Assembly: GCA_001687465.1 (NCBI GenBank)
Contig: LVLI01000485.1
Location: 1 to 34,162, forward strand
Direction of reading: 5' to 3'
Source: Halocafeteria seosinensis
Lineage: Eukaryota
DNA: 34,162 nucleotides
This document shows, piece by piece, positions 13,142-23,068 of the stretch (positions within the stretch are counted from its first letter, which is position 1; every line of letters starts with the position of its first letter). The translations under genes were made by a program, and so were the position numbers. The notes beneath the pieces are model-generated. The model saw only the letters and a list, made by a program, of their open reading frames with translations. It made no database searches and was not told the origin of the DNA.

Positions 13142-14727
13142 CTAGTTAGCTTGTCCTGTCACGCGCTTCATCATTTGCAATGCCATAGGTCCATTGTCCT
13201 TCGGTACCCTGCCAGGTGAAAGTTAGTTATGCAATACAAGTATGTGAGTGACATGAAAAAAAGACATGGTACTTACATATGCCCAGCGCGCATGATGTAG
13301 TAAAAGTGAAGGGTTTCGTAATTCTTGTAAAATGCACCAGTATTGGACCCTTCAGTCGGGGCGTATACCGGTGTTTTCTTCGCGGTGTTGAACGATTTCA
13401 TCCCATCCCACGTGAGTTTGGACATCCATTGTTCGGTCCCAGGAGTGCAGCAAATCAAGTCCAGTTGTCCGTTGTAAATAGTGACACTAATGCGCCCGTC
13501 TTTAAGGAGAGCATCTACAGAATTATTTCCAGTGCTAACCGGTTTCATGAAATCGGTGGACAGATGAGAAAAAACCTGAGAGCTTTGCCCACCCCAGGTC
13601 ACCGAGGATGGGATGATACCTAGCTTCTTCCTAATTGGCCCATTCATTAACTGACTCAGTGATTGAGCATGATAGTTGCCGAGGTGCTTCATGATGCGAC
13701 TGCGGGCAGTATATCCCAATTTTGGCGAGAAGGAAGGAGTCTTGAGCGTCCTGGCTACTGCTGCTTCATCATCATCCGTGTTGTGCTCCAGTACGTTGTA
13801 AAAGCTGAGATTGTCCGTAAACCATTCTAGCTGGCTCTCCGTTTCTCCCCACAGATTTGTTGCCTCCTCCCAATTGCCCTCGTTGACCGCATTGGCGCAG
13901 TCATTAGCAGTCTTCGTTAACTGCTTGCCCTGATTGGAGTCAATTTGGGAGTTCGCGTAAATGAACGGAGTCCACGTTTGCACATAGTCAATGCCGTCAA
14001 TCCAGGAATCCCCAAGAGCGACACCCTTAAAGTTGGCTTTGAATGATCCCTGATCTATCGCCCTTAAAAGCGTATTGGCGAGCCCTGTGGTCATTTTACC
14101 ACCATAGGATTCGGAAAACACATAGAAAGGTGTCTGGGAAGACACAAACACTGAGTGCTTTTGGAAAAACGCATTCAACATCGTGAGCAAGTCTTCCGCG
14201 ATTTGCTCATTATTCGTCGTAAATTTGGAAGAATCATCCACTGCGAACGGTAAAACAGGACCCATGGTAATTCTGTAATTGCGGGCATGTAGAGGACTGG
14301 ATGGCGTCCACTCACCATAAGAATACCCCGTTCCAACGGGGTTATCCACAAAGAGTACATTCGCTGCCTGGACCCATGTCGTGTTGCGCGGGTTCAAATT
14401 AGCGTCCAAAGGGCCTATCTCTAAGAAGTTCCCGAAACCTGTGCTAGAGCCTCCAGGGCCTCCTTGGAGCCACATAACTAAGGGAGCATTGTCGGCGCGG
14501 CCTCCCTTTCCAGCCGCTTCGGCGGATTGATTCGCTCCATACAGCCACCAGAACATATGAGCTCCGTCTCGTACGGTCACATAGTCCCAGTCTTCATCGG
14601 GAACGGGATCTCTCGTTGCCCGATGCTCAGAACGAAGCCCTACATAGGAGGATGTTCCGTGGACCTGGTGCGACACGGCCAGCAAGCCGAGAGCCATGCA
14701 TAATACACTCTGTTGGACTCTCATCAT
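13142..14727 (-). CDS. SCPEP1: Secreted/lysosomal serine carboxypeptidase (S10, SCPEP1/RISC-like); exons 14316..14727, 13277..14240, 13142..13208
   Basis: Signal peptide; AHMFWWLY, WLQGGPGGSSTGFGNF.EIGP, FVDNPVGTGYSY. Catalytic residues: SESYGGK (Ser), GQLDLIC (Asp) and AGHMVP (His, completed by splicing 13209..13276). Confidence 0.94.
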
Positions 14728-15310
14728 CTCTCGTTTTCTTCTCGGATCAGTTGAAAGAAAGAAAGTAAGACTAACAATGGACACTATAACAATGTAATAT
14801 GCCAGCGGTAGCTCATACACATGCGAAGAGAATCCGTGCGGATCCCGGGATCCCGAGCGACATTCAACTTAAGCTTCAGGAAGATGGTGAATGACCACGC
14901 CTTGCTGGAGTTGATGATATTGTTGTATACTCAAGATAACTACACTTTGTGCTCAGTGAATTCCCTTCATTACCATGTCTGGAGGTTGACGTGGTCCACT
15001 TCGGTGTTAAATCAGTGTCTGTCTGCGTATCATACGATATGATATGATACTAGGTACAAATCAATAATTTGACCACCAGAAAATCATGCATGTAGACCAA
15101 CCACGGCGCACTGTAGAGTGCACATACACATACGAAAATTAGTAGTAGGGTCAGTCGAACACAGGTCGAATTGGTTTCTCTGAAATTCTATTGCGGAGTA
15201 CTGTACTGTATCGAACGAAGCCAAAAAAAATGGAAGCAAACTTGGTTCTAAATACAGTTGAACCAGGACGTTCATTTGATTTACTGTTGGTGAATCGTTT
15301 TACGCTTCTG

Positions 15311-15553
15311 CATCTTCCATTATCTTCGGCTCTCAAAACCGCAGAACCTTGAACTTAGACTATCATGGTACTCGGTGCAACTGGCCAACAAGGTGATGGC
15401 CTTGTTCAAGCTATACTTGGTGACCTTACTTGTTCATTTCGTGTACGTGCTGCTACTCGGGGTGTCACTTCGGCAAAAGCTCAGGAGCTAGTAACAAAGG
15501 AGGCGGAAGTACAGTGTAGTGGTAGTTCAAGCGGATGTCGGTGACTATGAAAG
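15311..15553 (+). pseudogene. Truncated NmrA/HSCARG-like SDR fragment (copy 1), direct-repeat partner of 21086..21335
   Basis: Translates to VLGATGQQGDGLVQAILGD..VRAATR.VTSAKAQEL. It aligns by eye with 21086..21335, with a 5' deletion and a 13-bp insertion. Confidence 0.8.
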
Positions 15554-16109
15554 TACTCGAGAACGAATCTTGAGAGACACTAACGGAATCTCTCGATAAC
15601 CCTTCCTTTGGGAGGCGCCAGACTTCCGATGATTTCTTTAATTGATATCGGGAAATGCGCTCATGGTCTACTAAGCGAAGGTGAACATGTAATCAGGACA
15701 ACGGTTGGAGTAGCCGGTGTCCACTTAGCTGGAAAGGACATGGCTTCAATTATCTCGAAGGCATGCTCCGAAGCCATCTCGTATAATTGCGTGAGAGCTG
15801 ATCAGTATAGCAAATTCGGATTTCCAAGAGTATAAGATAAATGTAGACATTGCCAACATGCTCCGTTTAAAGAATGAATTCAACGAGTACTACTGTCCAT
15901 CCCACTCTTACTAAAAGATGTTTAGCTGAATGTGGTTTGCAACATGCCTCTAGATTCGTATGGTGAACAATGTTTGACTGGAATGGGAATACGCCTGAAA
16001 TCACACATGGGAACAGTATCGATGCAAACTCGGGTGACACGAAAGGATATGTATGCTAATGACCTCAACAGTCCGGTGTGCACGTATACGGTGGAACATG
16101 ATACGGCTT

Positions 16110-16915
16110 GGGCACTGTGGAAACATTTTGTTTTCAGATGTCCGCATACAAGAGTATATCAAATAGTAAAGAGGCAAGTGAGTAAAATAAATGCAAATAT
16201 CAAAAACGATATCAGATTACGGACGAATAAACGTATTCGGATAAAGAGATCATGAATAAATGACTTGCTAAGAAGGACAACCCACATAAGAAGTGGACTT
16301 GCAAGTTCTGTTCTGTGACAAGAGCCACATTGGATACACCCGCAGTGCCGCACCTACAATACTGAATCAGAAAGGACAGAGAAGGAAGGCAGTGATAGCA
16401 GTGTACCTGCTAAAGCAACAAAACCCAAACAATTATAAGAAATGGAAGCAAGACATTGGATTTGCGGGTATCCGCGTGTGCATCCGCAAATATACAACAT
16501 GATTGTTACAATATTGAGACAGTGGTTTTCGGATGAAATGGTGACCGAAGAGAATTTCTACATTGCGGAACTTGAGCCAACTGTTATTGGGCCGTCTTTC
16601 TGGATGAAACCGACACCAGCAGCTGCTCTTGAGAGTGGGCGTGGATTTGGTGCAGTAGCATGGAAGCTGTTATTTGCAAGACATTGTGGAAATGTTGGTG
16701 GAACGAGCTAATAGTCAATGGGAAAAGCTGTGAACATATAACAAGGCTACCAGAAGAAGTGATTGTGTACTCAACCAAACTCAGAACTTCAGGATTTGCG
16801 AAAGTTGTGGTGGCAGGTTATGTTAAAGGTGCGGACTGAGAACCAAGTACGGGGGGGAGGCTAGGACTTTCTGCAAGCAATCCATGCAAATCCGGGTAGA
16901 AAATTTAGCTGGGAG
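16110..16915 (+). mobile_element. Possible highly decayed hAT-like transposase relic
   Basis: Short motifs in different frames but in the expected order: ALWKHF and KWTCKFC (BED-finger-like), MVTEENF..IAELEP..PS, and LQAIHANPGRKFSW (LDPRFK-like). Many stops and frameshifts. Confidence 0.25.
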
Positions 16916-17013
16916 ACGAAAGCCGAAGATACTATAGGTAAACAATGCGGGAGAAGGTGACGAAGACATAGCTGCTGTCTCAAAGCACCAAACCTTTGAT
17001 AGGTTCACACTGG

Positions 17014-19832
17014 TTAACAAGAAGTTGTACTCGTCCGCTCCAATTGCCCATTTTCGCAACTATGTGTCTCTTCATTGAATATTAACTGAATGTCTTGCCT
17101 CATTTTCCTCACGGCACGGTCATTATCGCCACTAGGTTCAACAGTGCTGAGGTCAAAAAACCCAGCTTGCACTTCCCCATTCTTATCGGTGTATATACCA
17201 ACGTGTCTTCGCGCGAAGTCCATGTGCACATATCCGGTCGCAGCAAAATGCTCTCAAAATGCTCTATCCTACGATTAATAGCATCCAATACAGTGGCGTT
17301 ATTCCAGTCTGAGACCGGCGCAAGATAAGGCATTAGCAGTGCCTCACTTCCAAATAAGGTCTTCACTTTCACATCTTTTCCAATATCTTCTTGCGTCACT
17401 TTCCATAGGGCGGCCTCGGCTAACAGGTCCACTCCTGGTTTGCCAAATTTTATTGCACAAAACATACCTTTTGTTTGCTGGTTCTGTCGTTCCGTGCGAC
17501 AGGCTAGCCAAGTGCGGCCTTCGAGGCCTCCTTTGAGGTCTAATAGCAGAAAATACGGCTCGCTGCCGAACGTCACACTTTGGCAGTGCCACTCCAATAC
17601 CTTAGGTATCTTGTTTACCCATCGAAGATTGCATTTCTCTACTGCTATAAATGTTCTGTTCTCCAGAGCATGAAATGCAGGCGGCGACTCCTTGGATGAA
17701 AGCATTTTCTTCAAACCGGACTCGACGAATCTCAAGAGCAACAACCCTTGGTCTTCGGTCAGATCATTATTAATCATATAAGGCGCAGTGCAATAATACA
17801 CGTTTCTAGAGGTGCCCAGCTGGTGTTGGCCCTCTACTTCCTCTCCTTTACTGGCTTGAAGAATTGTGGCGCTCTTTACAATATTTTTTCCAATATTCCT
17901 ATTAACGTACTTAGCCACGTGAGGCCAATAATGATCTTCAGGAGCCGGTGGATGGGCAACTGTACTCGGTAGTTCGCATTGCTCTTGCGCGGCTAGTGTG
18001 TGGGATGCATCCTCATCCAGCCAGAAAACTGCCCATTCTTCATACGTGCTAAGTATGCAAAACGGGGTAACGATTCCATATAAAGGCTTTAGTAGTTGCA
18101 GATAATCGTAGACTTGTCCGATGTTGCGCTTGTCCTCCAACGAGCTCTTATCGCCCTTTCGGATGGGTCTCTTCACCACGACAACACCAAAGGGATAGCG
18201 ATCGACATACACAACCCACATATCCGGTCTCAAATCATTTACTTGACTCTCTTGTACGAGATACACTTGATGGCTACGACACAGATCTGCTGATCTGAGG
18301 ACATCCAAAAGAAGATCACGCACTAAGCCTGCGATTGATGTTTCACCACCATGTTCTTGTAGCACTAATTTGCCTCCTTTTTCTATGGCTAATGAGCGGA
18401 GCCGGTACCCCCTTCCTCTGCCTAACGTAGAATTTTTCAGTAGCTTGAAGGTTCCTTCGGTTTTATCGGCAGGTTGATGGCTAGACTTTCCAACCTTCGA
18501 CGCGCTCCAGTTGGTCATCCTTGTCAACGGCGGGAGGCCTGAGAGAATATCAGGATCGAGAGCTGCGACACAACCGGACAATGACACAACAGTACGTTAC
18601 AAAACATGGAAACCCAATACAATAGGCAGCAGCATTGTGCCAACCTAAGTAGCCGCATCATTCTCCTAAAGAGATTTCTGCTTTTGCATTACCTACCTAA
18701 GGCAGCGGAACTGGAACTGGCACCGCCGCCCCCTGCAAACAAAGAGCAAAACAAAACACGATAAGATAACAATATGGTTGGGAAAGAACAAAACCACAGA
18801 TGCATTGTCCACACAGGAACGTCTGCTATCGGTTCTGAGTGTCTCCTTACCTGGAGCAGCAGAGCTTGAAGCCGCACCGCCGCCTCCTGCAAACAACAAA
18901 GCAATACAAGACAAGACAACACTAAGGTGAAGGAAGAATAAAACCCCAGCAGCAAGAGTCAACGGTATAAACTACCGACCACCTACCTGAATGTGCCATA
19001 TTTTCATTGTAGGCGGCAGATGCAAGACGGACATGGCCATCCTCGTCGCTTATGTGTTTCTTGAAAATAAGCTTAGCTTTCTCTTCCGTAGCCAATGAAT
19101 CGTGTCCCCATTCATACCCAGCTTTTTTCAAAACCTCCAGCGTTTGTTGTTGTTCCGGCACTGGGACGTTGAACACAGGTAGCATTCGCTTCGTCCACTC
19201 GTAGAGGCCTGCGTTTGCAAGCATAAATACGCACTACAGTACTCTCTCTACTACCATGATCTCCTTACTCTCTCCCACATTATCCTTGCTAGCACTGCCA
19301 GGCATTGTGTCATCAGCCCCCTCTGAAGAGTGCCTTGCATCAGTCCCCGATTGTTCACTGCTGGAACGGTTTCCCCCAGACTGTGCCAGTTCCGCTTCAT
19401 ATTCTTGGTTTAACCGATTCCCCTCTCCCTCACGGATAGGCAAAGATGGTATCGCTGGTTCTCGTTTAGTGGTACTACTGGTGTAATTGGTTTCCAGTAC
19501 ACTTTTACTAGCGTTGGCCCTTCCTTTTTTCGGGCTGGAAGCCGAAGAGCTACTGGCTTTCCCCTCCAGGAAGAGCTCGCCCCGGCAGACGCCTGTTGTC
19601 CACAAGCCTTATTTTGTTGTCCCGAATGTGCAAGGCTACAACCTGTACCTTCTTTGCCTGTAGACGCTTGCTTGTTGTAAGGTGCCTTCTTGGACCTCTT
19701 TTGAGTAGTTTTCGTCCCCGATTCCCCTGAATGGGCTCTTTTCTGCGTCTGACGGTTCTCACTAGCTGTTTGTCTGATATTGGGGCGTCTTGTAGCGACC
19801 GTACTAGTATTAGAAGCCCCCTTCTTCGGCAT
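17014..19832 (-). pseudogene. Crinkler-like PD-(D/E)XK restriction endonuclease + kinase-like protein (DUF5898-like), frameshifted; exons 19649..19832, 19269..19592, 18987..19208, 18851..18886, 18697..18732, 17014..18562
   Basis: REase motifs E..RPDMW..GVV(V)VKRP..GQVYDY..FCILSTYEEW. Kinase-like motifs LKGGLEGRTWLA..CAIKF..EAALW..ALLMPY..GYVHMD..RHVG..FFDL. Five in-phase GT-AG introns. An 11-bp duplication at 17244..17265 breaks the frame. Confidence 0.72.
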
Positions 19833-20533
19833 CGTCTCCTACAAACGGTGGTAATAAACTTTATCTACCAACCTTGTACAGCTGTTTGTATACACTTACG
19901 TACAGGTTACAGTAATACCTACTGTACATGTATTCCGAAACAACACACAGAAGGAACAGAAGCTACCAAAGGCAGCAAAATAACGTGCTCCTTTACAACC
20001 CTCGCACCATCAATGCCAGATAATAATAGACGTCATTCATTACATTGAATTGGAACTTGCAAGGAAGTAGGATGATTCCCGCCCGCACAGAAGAGCCCCT
20101 TAGAACCTTTTTTATAGTTTGGAAGTTCACAGTACTTCAAGTAGATGCTTGGGAAAAGAAGCGAGTTACGCATGGTGGAATACGTGAAGGCTACCCGGAT
20201 GCTATCTCCTACTTTTAGGCCGTGGAAAAATCCGTGCCGTGGGTGGATTCTGATGAGTCTGTTCCGACTACAGCATCACCGTGTGTGTACAGTACATATT
20301 ATGCGTAATACCGGCACAATGTAAGTGTAGTACAGTACATGTATTGCAGACTAGTAGGGTGCAGGTCCACCACGTACCAGCAGATATTCAAGTGGACGAT
20401 AGATGCAGACCGATGACATCAAATCATTGTCAGAGAGCCCAAATGCGCAGAGGTTACGTATTACAGTAGTGTTACGAGCTCGACCGATTATGGGAGACTA
20501 TGTCTCTCGAAACGGAACACTTCTGAATTACCA

Positions 20534-21058
20534 CTAAACTTCACCTCGGTCATATTCATACTCTAACGCCCGCGAGATCTCCCCTTCATTTCCATTGAAA
20601 ACTCCGTACCGAAGTTTGATGGCCATCGTGGCACTGTTCCAATGATATACAACGGAGACAAGAAAAACAGGAAAATCTGTTTTCATCCCTCGATTCTTGT
20701 AGCTCATACGATATGCTGTTAGCGCCTGCTCCCAACCGTCTTCCAACAAGTTGTCACTCAAAGAGGAATCTACAGCTTCATAAGTAAACTGGAGTTCTTG
20801 GATTGCTTGTAGTGCTAATGTAAGTACGCTTCCTTCAAACGATTCAATATTAGTCAAAACATCCACTCGTCGACGATACCCATACTCAGGCCTTGTATAC
20901 TCCTCTGGGAGTATACGCACTTGTCCATGACGCCACTCATGTTGTTGCCGCATGATGAACTGGGTCTGGGCATCATACTCTCCTAAGTTTGCGAAATTAT
21001 AATAAACTGCCTCCATACATTTCTGCGTACCATGGATTATACGTATCAAATGCCTCAT
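20534..21058 (-). CDS. PD-(D/E)XK nuclease-like ORF (PDDEXK_9-like C-terminal domain), possibly a gene fragment
   Basis: Pattern ILPE..YRRRVDV..IQELQF..GWEQAL..Y..VFLVSVVY resembles the E..R.D..ELK..Q..Y layout. A possible 48-nt in-frame intron lies near the 5' end. Confidence 0.4.
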   Translation of the reverse strand: MRHLIRIIHGTQKCMEAVYYNFANLGEYDAQTQFIMRQQHEWRHGQVRILPEEYTRPEYGYRRRVDVLTNIESFEGSVLTLALQAIQELQFTYEAVDSSLSDNLLEDGWEQALTAYRMSYKNRGMKTDFPVFLVSVVYHWNSATMAIKLRYGVFNGNEGEISRALEYEYDRGEV

Positions 21059-21085
21059 ATAACTTTCCCGCTCAGAGACCGGTTA

Positions 21086-21630
21086 CATTTTCCATTATAC
21101 GCGGCTCTCAAAACCGCAGAACCTGGGACTTCAGTAGTTTGAGCACTGGACAGACTATTACCGTATTCGGTGCTACCGATCAACAAGGTGGTGGCCTTGT
21201 TCAAGCCATACTTGGTGACCCCACTAGTCTTTTCCATGTACGTGCCGTTACTCGGGATGTCACTTCGGCAAAAGCTCAGGAGATATTAACAAAAGGGGTG
21301 GAACTAGTTCAAGCGGATGACGGTGACTATGAAAGCCTTAGAAGGAGCCTATGGCGTTTTCTGTGTTACGTTCCGGAACCATACTTGGCCCGAGTAGGAG
21401 TTAAAGGAAGCTGAAAACATGGCGAAAGCGGCGGGTGAAAACCACGTGGCGCATGTTTCCTTGTCGACTCTGGAAGACGTTGGCAAAGGGGTTCCGCTGG
21501 AGGATCAAAGAATTCCTACAAGACACGGGAAGTATCACATTTGGATGTCAAAGGTGAGGCGAACAATTTTTTTTTTTTGTTGAAAATGACGTCCCTACGA
21601 CGTCTCTATTTACGTGCTTCTATTATGGGG
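21086..21630 (+). pseudogene. NmrA/HSCARG-like SDR pseudogene (copy 2)
   Basis: ITVFGATDQQGGGLVQAIL, VRAVTRD, GVELVQAD, then across frameshifts GAYGVFCVT, STLEDV.KGVPLED.RIPT, HLDVKGEANNFF and VPTTSLFTCFYY. It has no start codon and is truncated at the 3' end. Confidence 0.85.
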
Positions 21631-21639
21631 CTTTGGTGG

Positions 21640-22165
21640 GGTCTTCCCGCTGTCTTGGCTATTCTGTCTCCGCGAGCGGGTGCGGGCACCGTGCGGCACT
21701 GTCACATCGACATAAAGTGTGTTCGTTGGACTTTTGGCTACCAAGTCCATTACTGGCCTCGCTTCTCCTTCGTTTCGCGGGTCTACGAGGCCTTCTTGCT
21801 CCACTGGCATTTGACTCATGCGGATATACTTTTCCAGTTTCCCTGCTATCCTGTCATGACGGCGGATCCTTTGCGTGACATCCCCTTCTTTGCCGCACCC
21901 CAGTGCGTGCGTCAATCGGCAGCTGCATTCACTGGATGGTAAACAGGTTAGTTCGAGGGAGTCCTAGGCGTAGGTACAGTGCTACCATGTACTCGACGTC
22001 GGTTATTGTACATCCTTTCCTTGGTGCTGCGTATAGTCATGCAGCTGCTCCGTCCGCTTGGGAGGCTGTCCATACCACTTTCGGCTGAGGGTTCAACGTC
22101 CCTTTCAGAGTCCGTGCAGCTACTCTCTGCAACATCTTGTCCTGATCCTAACGTCTTCCGGTAGG
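21640..22165 (-). mobile_element. Decayed RLE-bearing non-LTR retrotransposon fragment (CRE-like), C-terminal zinc knuckle and endonuclease
   Basis: S..DGAAA*LYAAP..ALYLRLGLP, then a frameshift to ECSC..HALGC..RRHDRI..E..RPVMDL..YVDVTV. These match the GAxAWL/LRLGLP, CCHC, RHD and PD..D motifs of RLE elements. Confidence 0.75.
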
Positions 22166-23068
22166 AGCAATACTACCGGTAGTACACACGCTGTACTCTG
22201 TCAGCATCCATGTGCCACAGTGTCTGGCAGCAGACATACATGTATGTATGTCCCCGCGGAATGTGTCCCTTGACCCTTCATGTACTCTGAGACACGCGAG
22301 TTACACAGATGGTTCAGTGGATTAACTGAGAACTCTCTGAAAAACAACAACTCCATCGTTATCTGAAGCGAAATATAATATTCCTCCGAAAATGTGCTAC
22401 TAGTACTGGTACTATGCTCAAGAGTCATGCTTACTAGGCTCACATCACGGTAATTCCGAATTGCAGTTGCACGTCGCCAACGTTGGCATAGGGATGCACA
22501 GCTTTGAGGTGATCCACACAAAGCAACGCAATGAAAGCGTTGCCGTAACATTGATTCTCCTAGAATCCTGGATGGCGGATCTGCTGGATGCCGCAATGCA
22601 TGTCCATGGTACATACAGGTGATACTGTACAATGGCTAATCACTGTCCCATTCAAATTCAAACTGTTCCAGAGCTACCGTAGTTGAAACCACAGCCGAAG
22701 ATGTGGTCCACTTGTATCAGCAGCGGGTCCTAGAGTGCAGTCGAAGATGACTTCGGGTTCTCGGCTATTTGTGACCGACGGAGACTGCGTGCGTCACTGA
22801 CACCGGCATGCGGGCATGGCAATCGACCAGAACACAGTATCTTGCCGATCTGTACTGGATTGTCCCGTTTTGACTGCGGGCTCGACTGTTCTTTTGCATT
22901 CCATGGTACATGGGTCAGTGTGGGTGTGTATTTTGCCTTCTGAGAACTGAGTAGTACAGTTTCTTGCGCAAGGACAATACCATTTGTTGTCGTGTGAACC
23001 ACTGCGTCCTCACTTTTCGGGTCTTTAGCTGTCTTTGCACCCAGAGTTGCAGTCCCTAGTAACACACA

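Noticed and set aside
22030..22045. TGA at a conserved Trp position suggesting a variant genetic code
   Set aside because: It lies in a decayed element with frameshifts. Intact genes use TGG for Trp, and TGA terminates ADA2 and the TPR gene.
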